From contig OX597823.1 of the NCBI GenBank assembly GCA_951406725.2, positions 84,134,001 through 84,198,000 on the forward strand: a stretch of 64,000 nt of DNA, in the 5' to 3' direction. Position numbers and translations under genes: made by a program. Positions within the stretch are counted from its first letter, which is position 1. Every line of letters begins with the position of its first letter. Shown piece after piece: positions 11,895 through 23,991 of this stretch. The DNA comes from Octopus vulgaris. Lineage: Eukaryota. The notes below the pieces were generated by a model. The model was not told the DNA's origin. It saw only the letters and a list, made by a program, of their open reading frames with translations, and did no database searches.

Positions 11895-12220
11895 CTCCCT
11901 TTGGTCACAAATGACCATGGTATTGCACCTAGAAAGTTACCCTCTGAGGTACAAGTCCGGGCAAGGTTGTTTATGGAATACCAGTAGTCACCTGTGCATA
12001 CCGGCCTCCCCTCTCCATGCCACCGATGTCATCCAAGGAAAAGGCAAAGGCCAATACAGCTTGGCACCTGTGATGTCACAACTCATTTCTGCAGATGAGT
12101 GAACTGGAGCAACGTGAAATAAAGTGTTTTGCTCAAGAACACAACACGCAGCTCAGTCCTGGATTCGAACTCACAACCTCACAGTCATAAGCTCGACGCT
12201 CTTAACACTGAGCCATGTGC
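11895..12220 (-). mobile_element. tRNA-head CORE-type SINE, third family
   Basis: Minus strand TGGCTCAGTG..GTTCGAATCC then GTGTTCTTGAGCAAAACACTT core. Confidence 0.65.
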
Positions 12221-12348
12221 TTTTACAGAATTACTAGAGGTTTAGCATCAACCCAACCATGACCCTTTACCTGATTATAAAACAGTAAAATGCAACAACA
12301 ACTGAAATTAATACAGTTCCATATTTTAGAGATGAAGAATTTTGTACA

Positions 12349-12447
12349 TTATTTACATTATTTACATTTGACAGATATTTGTCCTCATCTTGTTTGCAAC
12401 AAACAAGATGAGGACAAATATCTGTCAAATGTAAATAATGTAAATAA
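12349..12447. repeat. Perfect inverted repeat, 48-bp arms, 3-nt loop
   Basis: 12349-12396 is the exact reverse complement of 12400-12447. Confidence 0.95.
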
Positions 12448-12502
12448 CAACTGAAATTTTTGTGGCATTTATAATATCCTGTGTTTGTCTTCGTCCTTGC
12501 AG

Positions 12503-12588
12503 GTGTTTGTGCTCGATCCGTCTAAGTCCTCCAGCCGAGACTTGTTGAAGATAGCTGAAGCGTTCTTTGTCCACAGTGCACCCGTCAG
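12503..12588 (+). CDS. UGGT1: UGGT exon 9
   Basis: VFVLDPSKSSSRDLLKIAEAFFVHSAPVR; phase 0 to 2. Confidence 0.92.
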
Positions 12589-13049
12589 GTTGGTATTTGT
12601 AAAATGTTACTGCTTATTTATTGTCAACCTTCTCTTGAGCTACAATCACTCTACAGGGTTGCTGTTTAGTTTATCTTGAACTTCAAGGCTTTTTATATTA
12701 GTCACATTAAGCTTATGTATGCTAGCGTACTGCACTGTGTGTGTGTTTTAGTGTGTATATATGTGAAGGTGTGTGGCCTAGTTGTTAGGATGTTGCACTC
12801 GTGATCACTAGATCATGAGTTCAATTCCCAGACTGAGCAGCCCCTTGTGTTCTTGAGCAAAGCACTTCATTTAACATTGCTCTTATTCACTCATCTGCAA
12901 ATGGCTAACCCTGAGACAGAATAGCTACTGATCAGGTGGAATGTTAGCTTGCTTTCCTAGCTAGCAGGGTGACATCATTTGAAAGATAAAGCAGAGGGCA
13001 TTGTGATCAGTGATGTATGACAATATCTGAAAATCTGGTCGATTGTGTG

Positions 13050-13087
<38 letters not shown>

Positions 13088-13090
<3 letters not shown>

Positions 13091-13520
13091 CGCAGGAGTG
13101 ACTGTGTGGTAAGTAGCTTCCTTACCAACCACATATTTCTTGGTTTAGTCCCACTGCGTGGCACCTTGGGCAAATATCTTCTACTATAGCCTCAGGCCGA
13201 CCAAAGCCTTGTGAGTGGATTTGGTAGACAGAAACTGAAAGAAGCCCGTCATATATATATATATATGTATGTATGTATATATGTGTGAGTGTGTATATGC
13301 TTTTGTGTGTCTGTATTTGTCTCCCCCACCACATTGCTTGACAACCAGTGCTGGCGTGTTTACGTCCCCGTATCTTAGCGGTTCGGCCAAAGAAACCGAT
13401 AGAATATGTACTAGGCTTACAAAGAATAAGTCCTGGGGTCGATCCACTCGACTAAAGGTGGTGCTCCAGCATGGCCGCAATCAAATGACTGAAACAAGTA
13501 AAAGAGAGAGTAAAAGAGTA
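13088..13520 (+). mobile_element. CORE-type SINE family A, full length
   Basis: AGGCGCAGGAGTG head to GAAACAAGTAAAAGAG tail; other copies near 14923-15300, 27045-27436, 29130-29500, 36615-36912, 49598-49995, 63578-63955. Confidence 0.8.
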
Positions 13521-13622
13521 TTGTATGAATATTAGAAACCCAGTTGTGATTACAAAATGAATGATGGTTATTTTTCTATTGTCAAGGATGTATTCTCACC
13601 TTTAGTATTGTTACATTTGAAG

Positions 13623-13758
13623 GATTGGACTTGTTTTTGCTGTGAATACGAGTAAAGAGGCAAACGGTTATTCTGATTCTGGTGTTGCTATTGCAAGAGC
13701 TTTCCAGTACATCAAGATTGACCAGGATGCAGCTGCAGCTCTGTCATTCATCACAGAC
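13623..13758 (+). CDS. UGGT1: UGGT exon 10
   Basis: IGLVFAVNTSKEANGYSDSGVAIARAFQYIKIDQDAAAALSFITD; weak gaAG acceptor, GTAAGT donor; phase 2 to 0. Confidence 0.9.
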
Positions 13759-14003
13759 GTAAGTAGCTTCTTTCTATCCTCTGTTGTTTTTTAACCCTTT
13801 TGTTACCAAAAATCCTTAAGACCTCTCCCGATGTTGTTATACAAACATTGTGTATTAAAGTGATCTAAATTAAAATTCTCCAAAGATTCATGATAATTTA
13901 AGTTCCAAACATCAGCCTAATACCAACAAAGTTGTTTTACTAAATTATTATTCAGTTCTATATTAAAGAGATGAGGAATTATGTACATTATTTATATTTA
14001 TAT

Positions 14004-14416
14004 CTTACAAACAATAACTCTGAGCACCTTTTCAAACTCCATCCCTTACAAACAATAACTCTGAGCACCTTTTCAAACTCCATCTGTCTAACACCCGTGG
14101 ACGTCTTTACAAAGTCAGAAAACAGCACAGCTCCCATGACTTTCGGAAACATTTTTTCACGCTAAGAGTTGCTGAAGCATGGAACAAACTGCCGGCATCA
14201 GTTGTTAGTTGTCAGAGCACTGCATCCTTCAAAACTTTCATGCTTCCTGAGATTTGCCAACACTGCACCTGATCCCCCCCCCCCCCGCTCCATACACACG
14301 CAAGCATGCATCTGACTCCTACACTGTTCGCTTTCCAGACATTTGTACATTACTGCATGTACTTTATATGCACTTTTGACAAGTTGTGGTGCACGTGAGC
14401 ACTGTATGCAATAATT

Positions 14417-14447
<31 letters not shown>
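14004..14447 (+). mobile_element. CR1-clade LINE 3' fragment
   Basis: NTRGRLYKV..RKHFFTLRVAEAWNKLPASVVSCQSTASFK* (CR1 TRGH..FF..RV...WN.LP..VV...S...FK), 3' UTR and (ATT)n tail. Confidence 0.85.
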
Positions 14448-15710
14448 TTGACAGATATCAAATGTAAATAATGTAAATTATTATTTTCAAAATTTATGGA
14501 CATGAAGACTGCATTTCAACAGAAATTCTGTAACAAAAGGCTTAAAATAACAAGAAACATTGTCATTACGGACAACAAAATTATAATCACCATGAAGTTA
14601 TGCTGGTTGGAGAGCAGTACCTCACACTTAGTTGTCTGACTTGCTAAAAATAACAACCACATTTCCCTCAGATTACACCTCGTTTTTGAAAAATAGAAGG
14701 ATGCATTGAATAATGTGTCTTGAGATGTTGTCTGAAAATAAAATGGGATGGTCATGGCGGGCATGACTGCTTGAGCAGCATTTAATTTTGTATTATTCTG
14801 TAATTGTTTTACTTTTGGGCCATCCTGTGACTAAGATTCTCTTTATCAGTCATGAGCAAACTGTGGCCTGTGGGCCATTCCAAATGGCACACCAATGGAA
14901 AATTATCTTCAATCTTTTTTAAAGGAGTGGCTGTGTGGTAAGTAGGTTGCTTACCAACCACATGGTTCCGGGTTCATTCCCACTGTGTGGCACCTTGGGC
15001 AAGTGTCTTCTACTATAGCCTTGGGCTGACAAAAGCCTTGTGAGTGGATTTGGTAGACGGAAACTAAAAGCCTGTCGTATATATGTATGTATATATATAT
15101 ATATATATATAATGTTTGTGTGTGTATATCTTTGTGTGTCTGTGTCTACGTCCCCGTAAGTTAGCGGTTCAGCAAAAGAGACCTATAGAATAAGTACTAG
15201 ATTTCCAAAGAATAAGTCCTGGGGTCGATTTGCTCAACTAAAGGTGGTGCTCCAACATGGCCGCAGTCAAATGACTGAAACAATTAAGAGAGAAAAAGAG
15301 AGTGTGGCCCACCTGATGATGCGCTATGATTATGCAACCTGCTTCTTGAAAAAAGATTGCCCATACCTGCTTTATGTAGACATTTGATACCTTAAAAATA
15401 GCAGCCAGGTCTCTCAGCAATTAAGCCTTACAGTCTTTATAAAACATGCAGGATATTGTAGTCCTAGATACACTGTTACACTTTCCTGTTAACACACACA
15501 CACACACACACACGCGTGCATGTGCATGCACATAGACTGCCTCATGCATGCACACACACTTCTTCACACCTCCACACACACCTCACATGTCTCACATAAA
15601 CCTCAAACCCTTCCTCACTCACCATACACACACACCTCACTTAAACCCCCACCCCTCCCAAGTACGCTTGTAATCTGTTTGATCCAATTATTTTTTTTTT
15701 ACCTTCACAG

Positions 15711-15836
15711 CTCTATGACAAACAAAAAGACGACCTGACCTCTAAGTTCATCTCCACAGAATTTGCAAGCCGCTTCAATGATGAAGATTTGAATAAAGTT
15801 TTTGGAGATGACGATGATTATGACGACCTACGTAAA
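15711..15836 (+). CDS. UGGT1: UGGT exon 11
   Basis: LYDKQKDDLTSKFISTEFASRFNDEDLNKVFGDDDDYDDLRK; phase 0 to 0. Confidence 0.9.
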
Positions 15837-16749
15837 GTAAGTTGGTTTATATGCACACATCATTTATTTTTTTTTAATGTCTGTTTTTCCATGCTGGCAT
15901 GGGTCAGATGTGGACTAAGGTGAGGCAGCATATATGGCTGGAAGTCTTTCTTACTGCCAACCATTATCTATTTCTTTTTTGGATTTGGTTTGCAAGATTC
16001 TTTATGTGAGTTTGTGTGTTGAAGCATATTCTGTTGTCTGGGGAGAGTCATTTTCTTTTAGTACCTTATAATGTAACACACTCACCAGTAAAATTTCCAC
16101 TTATTTCTTATTTTTATTTTCCTAAAATTTTCGTTGCGTCTTGCAACCTTTTCAATAGTCTTGACTATTATCTATTTTTCCATTTATTCCTTTAGCATTC
16201 AGATTACTCTACCAAATCTAATACTCATTTATTCACAGTTTTTATTTTAATTAATGATGCATTATCTCATAGCTTTGAAGTTTCAGTGATGTGATTACTT
16301 ATTTTTGGAATCACATTGCAGGGTAGGTGTGAGAAGTTGAATCTGGCTACGTTGAAGATAAAACTGGTTGACTATTTGGGCCAGATATAACCAGTTTAAA
16401 TGCTAGGAGGTTAAGGAACCTATTTATTTCACTGGTCTTTGAAAGTGTAGAGACATAGGATGCAATGACAACGAGGAAATGTAAACATCATGTCACCTTG
16501 TTGCATAGATTGTGACAAGTGAAGCTATGTATCGTCAACACTCAGTGAGCATACATGCACACATACACACTCAGACAAACACAATCCACACACACATGCA
16601 TACACACACGACAAATTTTCATAGATTTTTCTGTCTACCATTTCCACTCCCCAAGGCTGGGGGCTAAAGTAGAAGGCTGAACCTGAGATCATATGGTTAC
16701 AAACTGAACTTCATAACCACACAGGCCTGCCTTTGTATACCAAAACATT

Positions 16750-17325
16750 CATCATCATCATCCTTTAATGTCCGTTTTCCATGCTGGCATGGGTTGGACG
16801 GTTCGACAGGGGTTTGGGAAGTCAGGAGGTTGCACCAGACCCCAATCTGATCTGGCAGTGTTTCTACAGCTGGATGCCCTACCCAGCGCCAACTACTCTG
16901 AGAGTATAGTAGGTGCTTTTTACGTTCCACTGGCACAGGGGCCAGAGGGGACTGGCAATGACCATGCTTGGTTGGTGTTTTCTATGTGCTACCAGCATGG
17001 AAGCCAGTCAAAGCGGCACTGGCATCGACCACGTTCGGATGGTGCTTTTTACGTGCTACCAGCACTGGGCTTACAACTACAATTTCCATTTGATTTGATT
17101 TTGATATTGCTGATGTTGATGTACTTGACTCAGTAGGTCTCCTCATGCTTGGCATGTTGCCCTATGATCCAAGGTACTTTTGAGTGGGCTGGTTATGCGA
17201 TACTGGTGTAGGTTACTGCTGTGGACCCACTTTATTTGCCAGGTCTTCTCAGTCACAGCATACCTTCTGAGGCCTCGGTCTTTTGTCATTGCCTCTGTGA
17301 GGCCCAAGGTCATTGCCGAAATTCG
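16750..17325 (-). mobile_element. RTE LINE 3' fragment
   Basis: Minus frame LGLTEAMTKDRGLRRYAVTEKT then the shared tail. Confidence 0.75.
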
Positions 17326-17509
17326 AAAGAGCACACACACACACACACTCTCTCTCCCTGTCTCATGCTCTCATATACATGTACACACTATATCAAATGT
17401 TGACCAGGTTGAAACAGCCATGTTGTACCCAGTCAGAGTAATTACTTAATTTGCATTAATGCAATTTTTCGGCATTTGTACTTATTCCATTTTCCATTTA
17501 ATTCTCCAG

Positions 17510-17674
17510 TCAGCAGATGACTTTTTAGGCCGTTCCGGTTTAAGCGATTTCCCTCAGGTTTTACTTAATGGAATTCCATTGAAGAAAAAATACCTCAATG
17601 CCGATATGCTTGAAGAAGCTGTGGTCACTGAAATTCTCCAGGGTACCCATGAAGTCCAACGAGCTGTCTATCAT
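17510..17674 (+). CDS. UGGT1: UGGT exon 12
   Basis: SADDFLGRSGLSDFPQVLLNGIPLKKKYLNADMLEEAVVTEILQGTHEVQRAVYH; phase 0 to 0. Confidence 0.93.
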
Positions 17675-17924
17675 GTAAGTAATTGTTTCCCATTGGCTTT
17701 TCATTGCTTATTGTTTAACTCTTTAGCATTCATATTATTCTGTCAAATGTAATTCTTATTTAGGATCTTTACCTTTTGACCAACAGATTTAAAAAATAAT
17801 TTTTTGTAACTAAACACTTTCAAACTTCAGACACTGGTAGAATGTGTCATATAAAACATCTTTTACTCTTAGCATTTTTAAGAAAAACTTATATTTACAA
17901 AGTTATTTCACGTTAAATTTGTCC

Positions 17925-18310
17925 TATTTCGGTAATTTCAACCAATGAATGACGTATATTCAGCTGAATAAAATTACAAGAACTTCCGGCAGTGTATATT
18001 TCATTTGTCACTGGTATTTATGACAACCCTAACCCTAAAACCCTAAAACCCTAAACCCCTAACCCTAAAACCCTAACCCCCTAACCCTAACACCCTAACC
18101 CTAAAACCCTAACCCCCTAACCCTAAAACCCTAACCCTAAAACCCAACCCCTTAACCCTAAAATCTTAAAACCAGTACAAATGCACAAGCGATGTCATAA
18201 CTAACAGTGACAAACGAAAAATACACTGCCGATAGTTGTTGTTGACAAACAATGGCAGTAATTTTATTCAGCTGAATACATGTCATTGATTGGTTGAAAT
18301 TACCGAAATA
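17925..18310. mobile_element. Foldback/MITE-like element with degenerate telomeric core
   Basis: 53-bp inverted arms 17925-17977 and 18258-18310, inner inverted arms, (CCCTAA/CCCTAAAA)n at 18025-18163. Confidence 0.7.
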
Positions 18311-18630
18311 CAAGTCTCCCAGCACCACTTAACAACTGGTGTTGATGTGTTTACATCCCCCATAACTTAGCAGTTAGGCAAAAAAGCACTGATAAAATAA
18401 GTACCAGCCTTAAAAGAGAAATAAGTACTGGGATTGATTCATTTGACTTGAATTCTTGAAGCATGGGCTGCAGTCTAATGACTGAAACCAGTAAAAAACA
18501 AAAGGTGGTGGTGGTGGCGGTGGTATTTATAATACTTTCATAAAAAGTTTCCATTTCTTGATCTTATGAATGTTTGTATTGTTTTTGATGCTTTTGATCT
18601 GTTTTTTTTTGTCTGTTTTTGTTTATTTAG

Positions 18631-18754
18631 GGTGAATTGTCCGACAGCAATAATATATTGGATTGGCTGATGGAGAAGGACAATGTGTTGCCACGTATCA
18701 ACTCACGGATTTTGTCTGCACCTCTGATGTATTTAGACCTCACTGAGAGTGCTG
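18631..18754 (+). CDS. UGGT1: UGGT exon 13
   Basis: GELSDSNNILDWLMEKDNVLPRINSRILSAPLMYLDLTESA; donor G|GTTGGT chosen to match the phase of the next exon. Confidence 0.88.
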
Positions 18755-18787
18755 GTTGGTAGAGTGCTTCCTCTCATTCGTATGATG

Positions 18788-18833
<46 letters not shown>

Positions 18834-18849
18834 TAGTAGTAGTTTCAGA

Positions 18850-19525
18850 TTTTGGTACAAGGCCAGCAAATTTGGGGAAAGGGGAAATTCAGTTACATCA
18901 ACCCCAGTGCACAACTGGTACTTATTTATTCAACCTCTGAAAGGATGAAAGGCAAAGTTGACCTCGGCTGAATCTGAACTCAGAACATAAAGAGCTGGAA
19001 CTAATGATGTGCATTTTGCCCAGTGTGCTACCAACTCTGTCATCTTGTCTTCTTAGTAGTAGTAGTAGTAGTTGTTTTTTTCTTTTTTTTTGCCACAAGG
19101 GCAGTAGTTTTGGGAGAGGGGATGAGTTGGTTACATCGACCCCCATTGTTCAACTGGTAATTATTTTACTGAACCCGAAAGAGTGAAAGACAAAATTGAC
19201 CTTGGCAGAATTTGGACTCAGAACACAGCAACAGGCGAAATACCACTAAGTATTTCATCCAGCATGCTAACGATTCAGCCAGCTCACCACCTTAATAATG
19301 ATAATAATAATCTTTTCTACTCTAGGCATGAGGCCAGAAATTTTGGGGGAGGAGGCCAGTTGATTAGATTGACCCCAGTATGCAACTGGCACTTAATTTA
19401 TCAACCCCAAAAGGATGAAAAGCAAAGTCGACCTTGACAGAATTTGAACTCAGAATGTAAAGACAGACAAAATACCGCTAAGCATTTTGCCTCGTGTGCT
19501 AATTTTTCTGCCAGCTTGCTGCCTT
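18850..19525 (-). mobile_element. Three decayed Meta-domain SINEs separated by (AAT)/(AGT) runs
   Basis: Repeated AAAGGATGAAAGGCAAAGT.GACC..GGCAGAATTTGAACTCAGAA. Confidence 0.65.
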
Positions 19526-19657
19526 AATATTGAGGGTGATGATAATAATAATAATAAATGCCCTGATGCAGTACCAGACAGCGTCTCTCATGGCTCCTGA
19601 TCTTAACTGATTGGAAGTGTTATCATGTACATTGTTTTGTCTTGGTATAAAAGATGG

Positions 19658-19696
<39 letters not shown>

Positions 19697-19917
19697 AATG
19701 AAGCTCATTACCTAATTGTACTCTTGTCATATAATCTTTTACTATGCTTTGTACTTAACTAATCCTTTTTTCTGAAGCATGTGTATATTGAGTTCTAACA
19801 CCAGACTATTAATACTGCTGTGCCTAAGCAATATATATATATATATATATTCCATATTTTGCTCAAATATATGTGTAGCTCTGTTAGTGTATGTGTGTGT
19901 GTGTGTGTCTATATATG

Positions 19918-19951
<34 letters not shown>

Positions 19952-20243
19952 AACAGAGCTATACATATATTTGAGCAAAATATGGAATCTTATGAATCAT
20001 TGGTGGTCTGCAGCAGCAGCAATTAGTCCAAAGAGGTCACTAAGTCTAGCTGCTTTGTAATACATACTAACAGTACTCCACATATACTGATTACTTTATA
20101 CCAATACTCTGTAAAAAAAAACTCTCCTAAATTGGTTTCCTATTACCAATTCCATTTAGAATAATTTTTGTTTCTCAAAGTATTTTACGATTAATTTTTT
20201 TTTTTTTCATTTAATTTTCATTTTTTCCTTCTTTAATTCAAAG

Positions 20244-20342
20244 CCAAGGATGTTTTCCATGATGCTGATCTTTTTGGTGCCTTGTCTAACAAAGAAATGT
20301 CTTCTCAAATGGCAAAGAACATCTTCTATATGTCCAGGAAAG
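20244..20342 (+). CDS. UGGT1: UGGT exon 14
   Basis: AKDVFHDADLFGALSNKEMSSQMAKNIFYMSRK; aAG acceptor; phase 1 to 1. Confidence 0.85.
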
Positions 20343-20604
20343 GTAAATTATCTTCATATATATATATATATATACTTATAAACAAGGGCAAAAAAAAAAA
20401 TTATTTCTATGCCAATATGCTGATAACAGACTTTAAATCGTCAATTTCCACATTTCAGAATACATTCACGATAAATAGACTTTTCTTTTCTTTTTCTTTT
20501 TTTCTTTTGCCCTTGTTTATAAAATTTTAACCTTTAAAGGTATTTTAATATGCTGTCACTTTTGATGAAATTTTTTCTGAAAATGATATTATCCTATATT
20601 AGTA

Positions 20605-20649
<45 letters not shown>

Positions 20650-21409
20650 TACATATATGTTAAAGCATTGCTCTTGTTTCTTGTACACATTATGCTAAAT
20701 GTTGTCAATTTGATTTCTGAACTGAGAAACTTTCAGTGATATTACTTTCCTCATTACCACAAAGAAACTGCTGTGGGGGACAGCAATTGTTTCTCGGAGT
20801 AGAAAAGCTGTTTAGATCAAATGGAAATTGTAGTTGTGACCCCCATGCCAATGGCACGTAAAAAGCACTATCCAAATGTGGCCGATGCCAGTGCCGCCTT
20901 GACTGGGTTCCGTACTGGTGGCACTTAAAAAACACCATCCTATTGTGGTCGATGCCAATTCCTCTGACCCCTGTGCTGGCGGCACGTAAAAAGCACCCAC
21001 TACACTCTCGGAGTGGTTGGTATTAGGTAGGGCATCCAGGTATAGAAATACTGCCAGATCAAATTGGGGCCTGGTACAGCCTCCTGGTTTCCCAGACACC
21101 AGTCAAACCGTCCAACACATGTCAGCATGGAAAACGGAGTTAAATGATGATGATGATATATATATATATATATATATACAAGCGAAAAATGTGTGGTGTT
21201 GTGTGTGTGTGTAGATGCACACATATCTGCTGCTCTTTCCTTCCTTCTCTGTTTCTTTTCTTTCTTTTCTATGTGTCCTTCCTTTCTTTCTCTTCCTTCT
21301 CTTTCTGCGAGATTTAGCTACTATTTCTGGCAGATCAAACAGCTAAATAGAGGCTATTTTCTATATTGTTTATTCATTTAATCTGTTGAAAACATACCTT
21401 CATCTCCAC

Positions 21410-21780
21410 TCCACTGCCATTGACAACATCACCACCAGCACCATTACCCACCATCCGAGCATCATCAATGCCACCAGAACCACTATCAACAGCATCTCGA
21501 GTTAGAGTAGCACTCCGAACCCCACCAGTGCCACTACCAAAAGCACCTCCAACACCACTATCAACAGTACTTCCAGTCCCACCACCACCACCATCTCTGC
21601 CAGCACCAAAACCATCATCATAACCACCACTTCTACCATCACCATCACCAACAGCAGCAAAACCACCACCATCACTACCTCCACCTACCAGTATCACTAT
21701 TAGCACCCAGCCACATCAGTGCCAGCATTATCATCATCACTAACACAATTAGGTCCTCCACCGCCATCATTAATACCAAA
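21410..21780. repeat. Degenerate (CCA/CAT)n low-complexity tract
   Basis: ACC/ATC triplets; the Pro- and Gly-rich ORFs here are artefacts. Confidence 0.8.
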
Positions 21781-21828
21781 TAACGAGTATTTTAGTTTTT
21801 AACTTTGCGTTATTTTTTTTCGCTACAG

Positions 21829-21926
21829 ATGAATCCGTCAATCTTCGCCCTATATCAATATGGATTGTCACAGATTTGGAAACGGTTAAAGGGAGACAAC
21901 TTGTTTTTACGGCAATTAAAACTCTG
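21829..21926 (+). CDS. UGGT1: UGGT exon 15
   Basis: DESVNLRPISIWIVTDLETVKGRQLVFTAIKTL; phase 1 to 0. Confidence 0.92.
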
Positions 21927-22835
21927 GTATGTATGAAATTTCCACTGAAGTCAACGTTTTACCATTTCTTTTCTTTCCCTTTAACAATAAAAAACAGTTA
22001 CAAAATTCCTTTTTCAATATTTTCTGTGTATTTTAAGGCTGCGTTTGTTTTATTTTTGCTCCTGAGTTCTGCTTTTTTTTTAATACCATTTGGGTGTTAG
22101 ATTTAATCTAACATTTGGTGTAATATCACCACCTGACCCTTTGAATGTCCACTTTGATGACAGCATTTCGGCCAGGTTCCCAATCTGAGGATACTTTTGT
22201 CATTCCCTTTTACCAGTCTTGGAGATCTCATGAAAAGTTTTTGGCACTGTCTTCCTATCTGAATAAAAAGAAAACAATAAAATCACAAAAATGCTTAGCT
22301 TTTAATTATTCTCATCGTTCGTTTGTTTAACGTCTGCTTTCCATGCTAGCATGGGTTGGACGATTTGACTGAGGTCTGGCTAACCAGATGGCTGCACCAA
22401 GCTCCAATCTGATCTGGTGGAGTTTCTACTGCTGGAAACCCTTCCTAATGCCAACTACTCTGAGAGTGTAGTGGGTGCTTTTACATGCCACCGGCATGAG
22501 GGCCAGTCAGGCGGTACTGGCAATGGCCACGCTCAAATAGTGCTTTTTATGTGCCACCTGCACAGGAGCCAGTCCAGTGGCACTGGCAACAACCTCTCTT
22601 GAATATTTTTTCACATACCACCAACACAAGTGCCAGTAAAACAATTAGCAGTTGGCAGTTACTGATATGATATAAAACTCTACTCCTTCAATGGGTACCC
22701 TCCACAATTAGAGATCAGCACTTCTTCATGCAGCTGTCCTCATCCATATACATCACATGACCACATTTGATGCTTCTTATACCCAGCTTTCCTCTTAAAT
22801 CATTTCCACTCTGCCATGCATGCACACTGACATAA

Positions 22836-23287
22836 AAGGCGGTGAGCTGGCAGAATTATTAGCACACTGGGCGAAATGCTTAGCAGTATTTTGTCTGCCG
22901 TCACATTCTGAGTTCAGATTCCGCCGAGGTCAACTTTGCCTTTCATCCTTTCGGGGTCGATAAATTAAGTACCAGTTACGCACTGGGGTCAATGTAATTG
23001 ACTTAATCCGTTTGTCTGTCCTTGTTTGTCCCCTCTATGTTTAGCCCCTTGTGGGCAATAAAGAAATAATATTTATTAGCACACTGGGCAAAATGCTTTG
23101 CAGTATTTCTTCTGCCGTTACGTTCTGAGTTCAAATTCTGCCGAGGTCAACTTTGCCTTTCATCCTTTCAGAGTCAATAAATTAAGTACCAGTTATGCAC
23201 TGCGGTCAATATAATCAACTTAATCCCTTTGTATGTCCTTGTTTCTCCCCTCTATGTTTAGCCCCTTGTGGGCAATAATGAAATAAG
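22836..23287 (+). mobile_element. Tandem dimer of Meta-domain SINE
   Basis: Two copies of GCCTTTCATCCTTTC.G.GTC.ATAAATTAAGTACCAG with GAGTTCA.ATTC B-box; similar dimers at 41455-41805 (-) and 54183-54575 (+). Confidence 0.75.
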
Positions 23288-23520
23288 AACATGCTAGCTT
23301 CATTTCTTTCAAACCTTTGCATGTCCACCTGGGAAGATTTTCTTGAGGGGACCAAAATCTCAGTCTTTGCAATACTGAGTTGCAACACTCATCAATAAAA
23401 CCCATTTGATTTTATAAGGTTTGACAAAATGTTAGTTTTTATCTTCCATTCTTAATAATATCTTTTGTGTGTTTTCCACAATATCCTTACCAATTTGGTA
23501 TTTTCTGTGCTTTTTTTCAG

Positions 23521-23724
23521 AGATTTTCTAGTAGCTTGAGGGTTGGAATAGTTTTTAATCCCAGTGATTCCAAAGCAAAAAATGCCATGAACAAAGCCAT
23601 TCATGTTGCTTTGACGACACTGAGTGGAAACATGCTCCGGAATTTTGTCACGAAACTTGTCAAAGAAGAAAACATAAATGAACTGAATGATGGGACCAAA
23701 ACCTTAAGGGATCTTGAAGTTAGC
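23521..23724 (+). CDS. UGGT1: UGGT exon 16
   Basis: RFSSSLRVGIVFNPSDSK...NFVTKLVKEENINELNDGTKTLRDLEVS; phase 0 to 0. Confidence 0.92.
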
Positions 23725-23859
23725 GTGAGTATTGTTTGGTATTATACTTTAACGATGATGTTCATCTGGAGCAGTGTCGATGGCCAAGACAATAAGGCAT
23801 GACAGCCACCCCTCCACTCTTTCGAAGAGAGATCTAATTGTCATTGGTTCTGTTTGTAG

Positions 23860-23991
23860 GGTATGGATATTGACCAGTACATGGCTACACTGGAGAGACA
23901 AGACGACACCTTTCTCAAAGTCCATCACATGTTTGTCGAAAGAGTTCTCTCTCTACCGCCTGGATCACATGCAATTATAGGAAATGGAAAG
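23860..23991 (+). CDS. UGGT1: UGGT exon 17
   Basis: GMDIDQYMATLERQDDTFLKVHHMFVERVLSLPPGSHAIIGNGK; phase 0 to 0. Confidence 0.92.

Noticed and set aside
18025-18163. True telomere or fusion site
   Set aside because: Short, degenerate, single orientation, and enclosed by inverted repeats inside an intron.
21374-21706. Gly-rich and Pro-rich ORFs
   Set aside because: Low-complexity triplet tract with no splice support.
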